A stretch of DNA of 64,000 bases from a candidate division FCPU426 bacterium (GCA_963840035.1 CAWIXE010000002.1:32001-96000); one strand, 5' to 3'. Positions 9,613 to 20,229 are shown, counted from the stretch's first letter. Notes: a model not told the origin generated them from the letters alone. Made by a program: numbers and translations.

Positions 9613-10623
9613 ATGGTAAAAGCCGGCATAATCGGCGGTTCGGGATTGACGGGCCGTGAGCTTATTAAAATACTTTTAAAGCACTCTGAAACCGAGATTA
9701 CCTGCATAACCTCGCGTCAGTACGCGGGTAAAAAGGTGTCTGACATATTCCCGGAACTCTCAGGCCGCCACGCCGGTATTTTTACGGACCCGGCCGATAA
9801 AAAAGTGCTATCCGATGTAAATTTGCTTTTCGTCTGCCTTCCCCATACCGAAGCCATGGAGTTCGTAAAAAAAGCGTATGACCACGGCATCCGCACAATT
9901 GACTTAAGCGCCGACTACCGCATTAAAGACAAAAAGGTTTATGAGGATACCTATAAGCACGTTCACAAATATCCGGAGCTCCTTAAAAAGGCCGTTTACG
10001 GCATGCCTGAGATAAACCGTGAGCAGATCCGCAAAGCGGACATCGTGGCTAATACAGGCTGTTACGCGAACTGTACCATGCTGGGAGTCCTGCCCGCGCT
10101 TTCAAAACTGAAGGTTGAATCCATAATTTCAGACGCCAAATCCGGTATTTCAGGGGCAGGAATAAAACTTGCGGCGTCATCCATGTATATTAATGTGAAT
10201 GAGAATGAGACCCCGTATAACGTCGGACGCAAGCACCGCCATGTGCCTGAGATAGAAGAGGTACTGGAAAAAGCCACCGGAAAACGGGTGCCGTTCATTC
10301 TCACGCCCCAGCTTATACCGGTTGACCGCGGAATGCTGGCCACCATTTACTTAAAGCTTAAAAAGGGCGTGAGCGTGGAAGAGGCAAAGGAAATATATAC
10401 GGAGTACTACGCGGCTGAGCCCTTTGTGCGCATACAGGAAAACATAAGCATACACAACGTGGCAAACACCAATTTCTGCGACATTAAAATAGAGGATTCC
10501 GGGTATAAGGATACTCTTATAGTCGTAAGCGCCATAGATAACCTTTTAAAAGGCGCCTCCGGCAATGCCGTGCAGAACATGAATATCATGCTCGGGTTCG
10601 ATGAAAAGGAAGGGCTTGTATGA
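9613..10623 (+). CDS. argC: N-acetyl-gamma-glutamyl-phosphate reductase
   Basis: GIIGGSGLTG, DLSADYR, GCY, SGISGAG, HRHVPEI, DNLLKGASGNAVQNMN. Confidence 0.95.
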   Translation: MVKAGIIGGSGLTGRELIKILLKHSETEITCITSRQYAGKKVSDIFPELSGRHAGIFTDPADKKVLSDVNLLFVCLPHTEAMEFVKKAYDHGIRTIDLSADYRIKDKKVYEDTYKHVHKYPELLKKAVYGMPEINREQIRKADIVANTGCYANCTMLGVLPALSKLKVESIISDAKSGISGAGIKLAASSMYINVNENETPYNVGRKHRHVPEIEEVLEKATGKRVPFILTPQLIPVDRGMLATIYLKLKKGVSVEEAKEIYTEYYAAEPFVRIQENISIHNVANTNFCDIKIEDSGYKDTLIVVSAIDNLLKGASGNAVQNMNIMLGFDEKEGLV

Positions 10624-11803
10624 AAAAGGCCTATGTCCTGCCAAAAGGTTTTTACTCGGCTGGAATTAACGCCGGAATAAAAAAATCCCCGAAGCTTGAC
10701 GCGGGGCTTATTTATTCCCGGTCAGACTGCGACGCGGCCGGATTTTTCACCAAAAACCGCCTGAAGTCAGTGCACATTATTGAGGCAAAAAAAATTATAA
10801 ACGGGAAGATCCGCGCCATATTTTCAAACAGCGGCAGCGCCAACGCGCTTACCGGGAAAGCCGGATTTCAGGACCTTAAGGAAATCATAACTGCGCTGTC
10901 AAAAGCGCTGGCAGTGAAACCCGCGACGATCCTGGCGGCGGCAACCGGGAAAATAAGCAAGCGCATACCGGTTAAGAACGTGGTCCCATCCATTCCGGCG
11001 CTGGCCTCAGGTTTATCCGCGCATGATTCCAAATTCCCGAAGGCTATCATGACCACTGATCTGGTTGAAAAGTTTGCCAGTGAAAAAGTGGTATTGGGAG
11101 GCAGGAGTCGCATAGTCTCCGCCGCGGGAAAGGTTCGGGCATGATTTCGCCTGACATGGCGACCATGCTGGTATTCTGCATGACTGACGCGGCCATAGAT
11201 AAAAAACTCATGAGAGAAGCGGCTTTTGAAGCGGTGAAAATGTCCTTTAACCGGGTGACGGTTGACGGAGACATGAGCCCCAACGATACTGTGTATGTGC
11301 TCTCAAACGGCGAGGCAGGGAACAAAAAGATAACATCAAAGAGCGCCGACTATGAAAAGATAAAAAAGGCGTTCTGTTCGGTGTTTTACTCCATAGCTGA
11401 AGACATGGTGAAGGACGGCGAAGGCGCGACAAAATTCATAAAGCTTAACATAAGCGGGGCAAAGACACAGCTTGCCGCCGAGCGCGTGGCGCGGCAGATA
11501 GCGAACTCGCAGCTTGTAAAAACGGCGTTTTTTGGCCAGTCCTTAAACCCGGGACGCATCATAAGCGCCGCGGGGCAGACATTTGAGGATTTTAACCCGG
11601 AGAAAATAACGCTGAAATTCAACGGCAAAGCCATAATCTCAGGCGGTAAAATGCTTGATATGGCATATAAATCGGTGGGGAAAGAACTTAAAAAACGCGA
11701 CATATCAGTCGATTTAAACCTGGCGAACGGGAAGTACGGCTGTTATATACTCACGTCTGACCTGTCTTACGACTACGTAAAGATTAACGCCGATTACAGT
11801 TAG
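10620..11803 (+). CDS. argJ: Ornithine acetyltransferase ArgJ, interrupted by a 1-base deletion near 11128-11131
   Basis: NSGSANA, AIMTTD, then KGSGMISPDMATML split across frames; DGEGATK, YVKINADY. Confidence 0.88.
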
Positions 11804-11823
11804 TAAGCAGAAGTCCGGGATTG

Positions 11824-11846
11824 GTAGCCGCAACCTTCAGGTTGCG
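11824..11846 (+). repeat. GTAG-type REP-like hairpin
   Basis: GTAGC CGCAACCT TC AGGTTGCG. Confidence 0.65.
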
Positions 11847-11890
11847 CAGCGTGGTCTTAAAAACATGTACTATTTATGCGGGGTATTAAT

Positions 11891-12133
11891 ATGAGAACAA
11901 TTCCGGCTGGAAAAGCAAAAGCTGTTTTTAACAATCTGATTGATTTTATTTCGGATAATAAAGGTCCAATTCGTATTGCCTGGAAAAAAAGCGGTGCGAT
12001 TCTTATCCCGGAAAGAATGTGGCATGCCATGAAAGAAAGTTTATTCCTGATATCGATTCCCGGAATGAAAAAATCTGTGTTGCGCGGTTTGGCTGAGCCT
12101 ATCCGCAAATCAACAAAAACTTTACGCTGGTAA
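11891..12133 (+). CDS. Phd/YefM-family antitoxin-like protein (orphan)
   Basis: Pattern AKAVFNNLID..PIRI....AILI....W..MKESLFLISIPGMKKSV..GL.EP matches YefM-type antitoxins. Confidence 0.7.
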   Translation: MRTIPAGKAKAVFNNLIDFISDNKGPIRIAWKKSGAILIPERMWHAMKESLFLISIPGMKKSVLRGLAEPIRKSTKTLRW

Positions 12134-12174
12134 AAACAATTCCTTATTATATAATCAAAAAAACGGGGTGACAA

Positions 12175-13800
12175 ATGCGTTCTTTGTTAGGTGTGTTATT
12201 GCTTGTCGCAACGTACCTGCTTTCCATGCCGGCGCCCGCGTTTTCCATTTCCAATGACTTCATAGATGTCCGCACAGCCACAATAACCGCAGGGATAGGG
12301 AACATTGCGCTAATGAAAGTAAAAGGCAGGTTTGTGGAGGGTACAAAATCAGGGACCAAAATGATGTACGGATTTCCTTCCAATCCATGGAGCTCATATA
12401 CCACCATTAAAATAGAAGCCCCCGGCAACACGCTTGCTATTTACGGCGGCGGCGGCACGTGGATTACAAACCCTGTGGACGGCTTTGACGCTTCAAACAA
12501 TACTAAGAATACATCCGCATGGCAGCTATCCGGGATAAAAGTCACTCAGGACCTTACCATTGTAAATAACCCCAGGACAGGCTCAAACCCCGATACCCTT
12601 GAGATAAAATACACTGTTGAAAATACAAATACTTTTGCCGCGCGCGCGGGCGTAAGGACCATGATAGACACGCAGCTGGGCGGCAATGATAATTCCCCGA
12701 TAATCGCGCAGGGAATCGGCAGGATCATACAGGAACAGTCGTGGACGGGCGCGGCAGTGCCTGAGGCGTGGTACACGCTGGATAATTATTTTACCCCTTC
12801 CATAAAAGCGGAAGGAGGGATGAAGACGGGTTCGGCCACAGCGCCGGATATGTTCCTTATCGGCGACTGGGGATATATGAAAGAGGATATGTTCCGCTGG
12901 GATTATACTCTTCATCCTGAAGATATCACGGATACGGCTGTCGCCGTCTTCTGGGGTCCCTATGATTTTGCGGCCGGCGAGACAAGGTCGTTTAAGACTT
13001 ATTACGGCCTTCAGGAAGTATCCGGGGCCGAACTTGCCATTACAAAATCAGCGGACCTGGCAACGGCTAATTACGGCGATACTTTAAGTTACGTGCTCAC
13101 ATATTCCAACCTCTATGACGCGGCTTTAACCGGGCTTTCAGTATGGGATACGCTGCCGTGGAACACAACTTTTGTGGACGCGTCAACCGGATATACCTTA
13201 AGCGGAGGCGTAATCAGCTGGACAGGCCTTCCTGATATTTCAAATCATACGGATTATTATTCACAGTGGTTTACAGTGAGTATCAATGAGTATTACGGGG
13301 TAAAAGTTACAAACAGCGCTTCCGCCATGTACACTGACGCGTACTGGGCCGATAAGGAAGTCAGGTATTCAAATACAACCACTTCATTAATAGCCACGCT
13401 GACCCCGTCATCAACCCCTACGGTTACAGTTACTTTCACAAATACCCAAACGCATACAATAACGCCGACATCCACTATTACGCCCACCTATACGGCAACA
13501 CCGCCTGTCCTGGAACTTGAACTAAAAGGCGCTTTCCCCAACCCTGCGGAAAGTGAAGCCAGGATAGTCTTCAAATTATCAAGGGACGCGGGTATTTCCA
13601 TAAATGTGTATACTGTGTCAGGCGAAAAGGTGCGGGAACTTAAAATGGACGGGTTAAAAGGCATGAACGCGGGATTGTGGGATGGCAAAAATAATAAGGA
13701 GAAACCAGTGTCTTCAGGGACTTATATTTACATTTTAGAAGCTGATGCTGGTTCCGGCGGGAAGAAAAAAGCCGAAGGTAAATTATCCCTCATAAAGTAG
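12175..13800 (+). CDS. Secreted protein: N-terminal domain paralogous to 3082-4773, DUF11-like domain, short TxT stalk, FlgD-Ig/T9SS-CTD-like C-terminus
   Basis: DTQLGGND, DTAVAVFW..TYYG; LAITKSAD..GDTLSYVLTYSN..WDTLP; GAFPNP..WDGKN..VSSGTYIY..KLSLIK. Confidence 0.75.
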   Translation: MRSLLGVLLLVATYLLSMPAPAFSISNDFIDVRTATITAGIGNIALMKVKGRFVEGTKSGTKMMYGFPSNPWSSYTTIKIEAPGNTLAIYGGGGTWITNPVDGFDASNNTKNTSAWQLSGIKVTQDLTIVNNPRTGSNPDTLEIKYTVENTNTFAARAGVRTMIDTQLGGNDNSPIIAQGIGRIIQEQSWTGAAVPEAWYTLDNYFTPSIKAEGGMKTGSATAPDMFLIGDWGYMKEDMFRWDYTLHPEDITDTAVAVFWGPYDFAAGETRSFKTYYGLQEVSGAELAITKSADLATANYGDTLSYVLTYSNLYDAALTGLSVWDTLPWNTTFVDASTGYTLSGGVISWTGLPDISNHTDYYSQWFTVSINEYYGVKVTNSASAMYTDAYWADKEVRYSNTTTSLIATLTPSSTPTVTVTFTNTQTHTITPTSTITPTYTATPPVLELELKGAFPNPAESEARIVFKLSRDAGISINVYTVSGEKVRELKMDGLKGMNAGLWDGKNNKEKPVSSGTYIYILEADAGSGGKKKAEGKLSLIK

Positions 13801-13821
13801 ATGTTGGTTGATGAAGTTTTC

Positions 13822-13928
13822 GCAGGAGCTCGTCCGGCCTTAACTCCCAAATTAACTGTACTTGTATGTGTTTGTCATTGTTTGTATTGTCTGCTAAAAG
13901 GCCGGGCGAGCCACCGGCTCGCCCCTAC
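13822..13928. repeat. REPIN-like pair: degenerate left copy, intact REP on minus strand
   Basis: gcaggagctcgtccggcctt ... aaggccgggcgagccaccggctcgcccctac (reverse complement GTAGGGGCGAGCCGGTGGCTCGCCC). Confidence 0.65.
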
Positions 13929-13981
13929 GAAAACTAATAAAAAGCGCCAGGTTGGATTTTTTAGGTTTTTTGTCAGGCTTG

Positions 13982-14011
13982 TTGACATTCATATAAAAAA
14001 TAGGGTATAAT
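13982..14011 (+). promoter_or_regulatory. Sigma70-type promoter
   Basis: TTGACA-N18-TATAAT upstream of 14064. Confidence 0.65.
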
Positions 14012-14063
14012 TAAATAAATACCTTATGTTTTCACGGCTTTTTTAGCGTGAGCGGAGGCAAGA

Positions 14064-16703
14064 GTGCGCGATTTATTATTAAAAAGCTTAAAGAGCTTTG
14101 TCGGGATTTGCATATTTATCATTATCCTGCTGACTTTTTTAATATCAGGCTGCGCTAAAAAAAGCAATCCGGCGGGGCCGACACCGCCTGCTGCCACAAA
14201 AACAAACACGCCTGACTGGACAACAACAGCCACGCCGACAAGGACTATAACAGTTTCAAAGACGCCTACAAAATCGGAAACGCCTACAAAAACCTCAACG
14301 CCTTTACCAACGTCAACGAATTCGCCTGATTTATCTTCCACATTTACGCAGACATATACTTTGCTTCCTACGCAGTCGCATACCATAACCAGCACGGACA
14401 CACAGACATGCACGCCTTCGGTTACTCTAACGGGCACTCTTACATTTACAGCCTCTCCCACTGACACGCAAAGCGCGACAGATACATTTACAGCCACGAA
14501 AACCGGCACTGAGACAGTCTCTGCTACAGTCACTCCGGCATCACCGACGCCGACATCCACGAATGTTATTTTTCATGGAAGTGTTGTTGTTTCGCCGGCT
14601 ACGCTCTATGGCATGACAACAGGGAACATGATATCCCTTACTTATACCGCCGGCACTCTCGGGTGGACAAACGGGCGCATAGTTATTAATTTGCCTGCAG
14701 GGTGGTCGCCGCCGAGTCTTTCGCCAACCACCCCGGGGTATTTTACCGTATCCACTAATGGCGGCGCTGTAGGCGTGGGTAAAAGCGGGAATTCCATAAT
14801 CCTGGATATTACCAGCCTTGCCGCGGATACCGGGTACGTGAACATTGTTTATGGCGATAAAAGTTTCGGCGGCGGGGCGTTCGTGGACGGGTCAGGCATA
14901 ACTGAAATTATAATGGAGGTTTCAGAAACTTCACATGTGACCTTCCCCCTTGCGTCCCAGCCGCAGGTAAATATAATTGCGGCTACGATGACGCCCACCA
15001 TGACCCAGACAGTTTTTGTGGGAGAGGGAAGCATAACGGTTTCTCCCGTTAACTTAACTGACGGTTCTTTCGGAAACACTGTAACCTTTGTTTACACGGC
15101 CGGAACTTCAAACTGGACTACCGGCACGCTGAGGATATCGCTCCCTCCGGGTTGGAGCCAGCCAAATCACAGTTCCGCGCTTAATCCCGGCTTTTATGAC
15201 GTGACCACAACGGCTGCGGACTGGTACTGGGCGGGCGCAGGGAATGATATATTAATAAGCGTGACAGGGCTGCAGGCAAATACCGGGACCATCACGATAA
15301 AATATGGAGACAGGACGTACGGCCCGGGGGCATATGTGACCGGTGCAGGGCTGATAAAGCTGACAACCTATACCGATATTTCCAGCACGGACGTCCATGA
15401 GATAGCTGTTTCACCGTATGTTAATATGTCGCCGCCCACGGCAACAGTCACATTGACACCCTCGGTGACTGATACTTATACATTCACGCAGACAGTCACA
15501 CTGACGGAAACCGTCACTGACACATGGACCGAGTCGCAAACGCCTACCATAACGCAGACATGGACAGCTTCGCCTACATTTACCGCGACGCCGTCAATTA
15601 CCGATACATTTACATTTACGGCCACGCCAACCATTACGGTTACATTTACAGTGACTCTTACGCCAACGCCGTTTTGGGACATACTTGGCGGAAAAAGTTT
15701 TTCTGACGGCACGGCTGATTTCGTTTCACTCTCTATTTATAACGGCCAGCCGTATGTGGCATATGAAGATAACATGCATTCCAACGGTGTAACGGTGATG
15801 AAATACTCGTCCGGGGCATGGTCGCCTGTCGGGGCAAAAGGGTTTACCGGGGGTATTTCCAATGATTGTTCGCTGGGCGTGGTAACAAATCCATACCTGG
15901 CATACAGGGATTTTAATAACGGAAATAAGGCAACCGTTATGAAATATGACGGTTCGGCATGGTCCAAGGTCGGAGGCGCCGCAATTTCGCCTGGCGCCGC
16001 CTATGAAGCATCGCTTTATACCGACGGTTTTAAAATTTTTACCGCTTACAGGGATAATTCTAACGGAGGAAGGGCTTCATGCAGGCTTTGGTTCGGGTCT
16101 GTGTGGAGCGACGTTGGAAGCCCGGGTTTTTCCAGCGGTACGGCGTCTTCAATATCGCTCGATGTTGATTCAGCAGGGACCCCTTATGTGGCTTTCAAGG
16201 AATGGGGATTTGATAATTTAGTCCAGAAATTGTCGGTGATGAAAAAAGGAGCGGCTGATATTAAATGGGTATATGTGGGCGGCCAGTACATAAGTTCTGC
16301 TGAGGCGGAGCACATATCATTTAAAATCGGCGGTTCGCCGGCTGTGCCATATGTGGCATACGCGGATTACGCGAACGGGAAAAAACTTACGGTAAAAAGA
16401 TTTAATGGGACCACGTGGGATGTGGTCGGCACTGCCGGAGTGTCCGCGGGCGAAGCCACATCCATATCGCTTTTCTTTAACGCCGCGGGAGAGCCTTCAG
16501 TCGCGATGGCAGACGTTGGCCTGGCGGGAAAAGCGTGCGTTTATAAATTTAACGGGGCAACATGGGACCTTTTCGCAATATTATCCGACGGAGCCGCCGG
16601 TTATGTATCCGCCGGGTACGGCAATGGCAAGCCTTTTGTGGCATTTAAAGACATAGTCAATGGCAACGGAGTGACAGTTATGACTTACGAAGGGGCTTTT
16701 TAA
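14064..16703 (+). CDS. Large lipoprotein: TxT stalks, two duplicated Ig-like domains, C-terminal beta-propeller-like repeats
   Basis: Lipobox ISGC; duplicated GS..VSP..GN....YTAGT..W..G...I.LP.GWS.P; repeated W..VG..G.S.G...SL...PYVAY.D..N..K.TV units. Confidence 0.75.
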   Translation: MRDLLLKSLKSFVGICIFIIILLTFLISGCAKKSNPAGPTPPAATKTNTPDWTTTATPTRTITVSKTPTKSETPTKTSTPLPTSTNSPDLSSTFTQTYTLLPTQSHTITSTDTQTCTPSVTLTGTLTFTASPTDTQSATDTFTATKTGTETVSATVTPASPTPTSTNVIFHGSVVVSPATLYGMTTGNMISLTYTAGTLGWTNGRIVINLPAGWSPPSLSPTTPGYFTVSTNGGAVGVGKSGNSIILDITSLAADTGYVNIVYGDKSFGGGAFVDGSGITEIIMEVSETSHVTFPLASQPQVNIIAATMTPTMTQTVFVGEGSITVSPVNLTDGSFGNTVTFVYTAGTSNWTTGTLRISLPPGWSQPNHSSALNPGFYDVTTTAADWYWAGAGNDILISVTGLQANTGTITIKYGDRTYGPGAYVTGAGLIKLTTYTDISSTDVHEIAVSPYVNMSPPTATVTLTPSVTDTYTFTQTVTLTETVTDTWTESQTPTITQTWTASPTFTATPSITDTFTFTATPTITVTFTVTLTPTPFWDILGGKSFSDGTADFVSLSIYNGQPYVAYEDNMHSNGVTVMKYSSGAWSPVGAKGFTGGISNDCSLGVVTNPYLAYRDFNNGNKATVMKYDGSAWSKVGGAAISPGAAYEASLYTDGFKIFTAYRDNSNGGRASCRLWFGSVWSDVGSPGFSSGTASSISLDVDSAGTPYVAFKEWGFDNLVQKLSVMKKGAADIKWVYVGGQYISSAEAEHISFKIGGSPAVPYVAYADYANGKKLTVKRFNGTTWDVVGTAGVSAGEATSISLFFNAAGEPSVAMADVGLAGKACVYKFNGATWDLFAILSDGAAGYVSAGYGNGKPFVAFKDIVNGNGVTVMTYEGAF

Positions 16704-16787
16704 TCACAGATCCCAAATCACAAGTCCCAAAGAAATCGACGGGATGTAAAGGCGCTAATTTGGGACTTGTGATTTGGGATCTGTGAT
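16703..16787. repeat. Heptamer-periodic perfect 29-bp inverted repeat with 27-nt spacer
   Basis: atcacag atcccaa atcacaa gtcccaa a / t ttgggac ttgtgat ttgggat ctgtgat. Confidence 0.9.
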
Positions 16788-16835
16788 AGATTGTACCGGG
16801 AATTCTGACAATAAAATTGAGATGCGAGGTATTTA

Positions 16836-18098
16836 ATGGCTGAGTTGAAAAGCCTGGTAAACGGCAATACAGAGACATTCTTTGCCGATGATGTACAGAT
16901 AGCCGTATGGCATACGGACGAGGATGGTAATGTCAAAAAAGAAGGTGTTAAAATTGACGGCGAGATCAAAAGGATATTTCTTGACGACAACGGAAGGGAA
17001 ACCAATGAAAAAATTTTTATCGAACGCAATGAGCTGAAAAAAGGTGTGGCGCGTATTTATTTAAAAAACGGCAAGTTAAAGCAGGAAATGCAGGTTGATA
17101 ATTATAATGTCAACGGGTTTCTAAAGCTTTACTACCCGGGCGGAGGCATCCAGCTTGAAGGGGCTTATTTAAACGGCATCGGTCAGTGGCCGGTGAAATG
17201 TTATTACGAGAACGGAAAACTAAAAACCGAGAAGATCTTCTTGGAAAACAAGAAGGTCCAAAAAAACTTCTATGAAACCGGAGAGCTGGAATCTGAGGAG
17301 ACATACGAGGATGGGGTTGAAAACGGACCGTTTAAGATATACTACAGGAACGGCAAAGTAAAAGCGGAAGGTTCATACAAGCAGGGTAAAAAGCACGGTG
17401 TTTATAAGCTTTACTATGAAACAGGAATGATAAAACTGGAGGGCAACTATGATTCCGGAGTTGAGGAAGGAACCTTCAGGCTGTATTACCCGTCAGGCAA
17501 TGTGGAAACAGAAGAGGTTTATAAGGCGGGCAGGCAGGAAGGCCCCTATATACAGTATTATGAATCAGGCGGGGTAAAACTTTCCGGCCATTATGAGGGC
17601 GGTAAAAAGAACGGTGAGTACAAGATGTTTTTTGAAACAGGCAAGGTCAAACTTGAGGGGACGTATAAAGAAGGAAAAGAAGACGGTCCGTACAAACTTT
17701 ATTATGAGAACGGCGGAATAAAGATTTCAGGGGAATACAAGCAGGGTATTGAGGACGGGATTTACAAATTGTATCACCCTGACGGTTCCGTAAAAGTCGA
17801 GGGCCAGTACAAGGGCGGCAAAGAGCACGGCACATACAAGCTTTTTTATCCTTCGGGCAAATTAAAGGTTGAGGAAGTATATAAGGACGGGAAAGTGGAA
17901 GGCATGTACAGGGCTTATTTTGAGTCGGGGAAGGTGCAGGCCGAGAAAATATTTAAAAACGGCGTACATGACGGGCCGTGCAACTTATATCATGAGAACG
18001 GGAAGATAAAGATAGAAGCCCTTTTTAATGAAGGCGTTCAGATGGTGATGATAGAGTACGATGAAAAGGGCAATAAGGTGGAACAGCCGGAGGAGTAA
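16836..18098 (+). CDS. MORN-variant repeat protein (YwqK-like)
   Basis: About 12 tandem 24-aa repeats G.YKLYYE.G.VK.EG.YK.G.E. Confidence 0.85.
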   Translation: MAELKSLVNGNTETFFADDVQIAVWHTDEDGNVKKEGVKIDGEIKRIFLDDNGRETNEKIFIERNELKKGVARIYLKNGKLKQEMQVDNYNVNGFLKLYYPGGGIQLEGAYLNGIGQWPVKCYYENGKLKTEKIFLENKKVQKNFYETGELESEETYEDGVENGPFKIYYRNGKVKAEGSYKQGKKHGVYKLYYETGMIKLEGNYDSGVEEGTFRLYYPSGNVETEEVYKAGRQEGPYIQYYESGGVKLSGHYEGGKKNGEYKMFFETGKVKLEGTYKEGKEDGPYKLYYENGGIKISGEYKQGIEDGIYKLYHPDGSVKVEGQYKGGKEHGTYKLFYPSGKLKVEEVYKDGKVEGMYRAYFESGKVQAEKIFKNGVHDGPCNLYHENGKIKIEALFNEGVQMVMIEYDEKGNKVEQPEE

Positions 18099-18110
18099 TT
18101 CTTATAGTCA

Positions 18111-18141
18111 AATTACTAATTACTAATGACAAATTACTAAT
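18111..18141. repeat. Single heptamer array (AATTACT)
   Basis: aattact aattact aatgaca aattact aat. Confidence 0.75.
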
Positions 18142-18212
18142 AATTAAAACGCAGCCTTTTGGCGCGTGTGCCCTGGGATAATTTATAATCTGACTAAATC
18201 GTGGAGGAAAGC

Positions 18213-19124
18213 ATGAAAAAATTTTTTGTTTTTACGTTGTGTTTCGTTGTGCTTCTTGGCGCCGGATCTTTATCTGCCAAGTCAAAAAAGAAACCGGGAG
18301 AAACTCCTGCGGCCGCGCAGAAAAACGATGGCGGGTCAATTCCGTTTGTCACGGATATAGCAAACGGCGGGGCTGTGTGGCCGGCGTTAACAAAGGGATA
18401 TGTTTATTACGCGCCTTCCGACATCAGGTCTGAGGATGAGGCTATCTCAAACATCCGTTCCAGCCAGGGCTTCATACGCATCCGCGGGGAAAAACCATAC
18501 GATATTGCTGTGGACAGGTACTCGGCGGTTTTCAAGATACAGTGGACCGAGAACCAGACCTTCCAGGAAAATGTCCCGACGTCCGGCGGTTTTTTCATCG
18601 GGTGGGATTACATCCCGACATTTTCAAATACGGTCCAGACCTACCACCAGACAAAACAGATGAATGACGCCCTTGCGGTGCAGTTTAAAGACATCGTGGC
18701 CATATATTTTTTCCAGAACAACCTGTGCCTGCGCGATTCCGGCGGCGGCATCAGCTACCTTGCCTCCGATAACGCGGCCGGGCTCAGGACGCTGGCTGAC
18801 TCCGTATATACCCTGGCGATAAAGGGCGGGGCAAAGATGGAGGGGGATTCGCTTTTTCAGATAGTCAAACTCAGCGAAAAGCAGTGCGACAACCTGAACA
18901 TAGAAAACGGTGACATGGTCACTTCCGTATTCGCCGGCAGCGAAGCAGACAGGGCGGGAATCAAAGAGGGGGATGTCATACTAAACCTGAAGGAAATCGG
19001 CGAAGCGGGCGGTTTTACCAAGTTTTTCGGGGCGAAGAAAGAACTTAAGATAATGCGTTTCACGCAGGACGGCAGCCTGATAAATTTCAAGAATGTGAAG
19101 ATCAGGATGAAGGGGGCGAAATAA
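18213..19124 (+). CDS. Exported protein with C-terminal PDZ-like domain
   Basis: Signal peptide; VTSVFAGSEADRAGIKEGDVIL. Confidence 0.65.
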   Translation: MKKFFVFTLCFVVLLGAGSLSAKSKKKPGETPAAAQKNDGGSIPFVTDIANGGAVWPALTKGYVYYAPSDIRSEDEAISNIRSSQGFIRIRGEKPYDIAVDRYSAVFKIQWTENQTFQENVPTSGGFFIGWDYIPTFSNTVQTYHQTKQMNDALAVQFKDIVAIYFFQNNLCLRDSGGGISYLASDNAAGLRTLADSVYTLAIKGGAKMEGDSLFQIVKLSEKQCDNLNIENGDMVTSVFAGSEADRAGIKEGDVILNLKEIGEAGGFTKFFGAKKELKIMRFTQDGSLINFKNVKIRMKGAK

Positions 19125-19125
19125 C

Positions 19126-20214
19126 ATGAAAAAAACAATAATACTCGCTTTCCTTATCGGCTTTTCCTCTATACTCTGCGCTATTAATGTAAATGTTATG
19201 ACAAACTCGGGGGAAGTGGTAACCGGGGTGCTCATTGGTTCGGATGAGAACGCGCTTTTTGTAAAAACCGCGGACGGCAACGCCAAGACAATAAAATACG
19301 GCAAGGTAAGCAAGATATTTGACGCGGAAACGGCAAAAGACATAACGGACAGGTATAAGGCGGCGGAGCAGGCAAAACCTTCCTCTGCGGCGGCAAAGCC
19401 CCCGCAGGCATCTTCCGGACCCAGGACTGAATATGAAACAATCGAAGAGTCGTCGGGGACAATTAACCTGCGGGAGAATGTCACAATATTTACCAGGACA
19501 GTGCCGAAGTATTTCGGGGTTGATGTTGCGCTAATGCAGTTCAATTTGCTTTTCGGGGACAATAAAAAGCTTAAAGAGGTCTTAAAACCTTACGCTGTTG
19601 ATTCCGGCGGATATACATACGATTCTGATTCAATGATGGTATCATTCGGGCTTAATGCCGATTTGTATATCAGGCCGATCGATGGTTTTGGGTTTGGCGG
19701 ATTTTATAACATGTCATTTGCCAACCAGAATCTTTCTGTTCACAGGAACCCGAGCCATGACGGGAGTGAATTTATGTACATTGATCTGCCAGTGACTTCT
19801 TACGGCGCTTTGATCAAACTTATCCCTTTTTCTACGGCTATTGTAGGAAGCGATGGTGAGCTTGTTGAAAACTTTGCGTGGAGTCTTGACTTAAAACTCG
19901 GGGCGTCGTCACTGGGAACGCTTTTTAGCGCTGCAAGCATTAATGACGAAAACTCAATTGGCGATGCGGTGGATCTCTCAGGGACAGCGCCGTATTTTGC
20001 CGTGGAAATGGTATTCAGCTCGCAGATGGACCTGTTTAAGTTCGGTATAGGGTATCAGCAGAGCGAGTTTGCGGAAATTAAGGCGGCTGAAGATTATGTT
20101 GCGCACCCCGGGATTACCGAACCTATCGGGACCGATTATTATGTCATGGCTGGAGGGGAAAAAATACCGTTTGTGATGCAGGGTGTTTATATGTACCTGG
20201 CGTTGGCATTTTAA
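19126..20214 (+). CDS. Putative outer-membrane beta-barrel protein with small N-terminal domain
   Basis: Signal peptide; C-terminal amphipathic strand ending YLALAF. Confidence 0.55.
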   Translation: MKKTIILAFLIGFSSILCAINVNVMTNSGEVVTGVLIGSDENALFVKTADGNAKTIKYGKVSKIFDAETAKDITDRYKAAEQAKPSSAAAKPPQASSGPRTEYETIEESSGTINLRENVTIFTRTVPKYFGVDVALMQFNLLFGDNKKLKEVLKPYAVDSGGYTYDSDSMMVSFGLNADLYIRPIDGFGFGGFYNMSFANQNLSVHRNPSHDGSEFMYIDLPVTSYGALIKLIPFSTAIVGSDGELVENFAWSLDLKLGASSLGTLFSAASINDENSIGDAVDLSGTAPYFAVEMVFSSQMDLFKFGIGYQQSEFAEIKAAEDYVAHPGITEPIGTDYYVMAGGEKIPFVMQGVYMYLALAF

Positions 20215-20229
20215 AAGTTGAATAACCCC

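Noticed and set aside
13801..14010. 69-aa plus-strand ORF
   Set aside because: Spans a REPIN-like element and a promoter.
16836..18098. Toxin-antitoxin system from the YwqK-like label
   Set aside because: Only generic MORN-variant repeats; no adjacent toxin gene.
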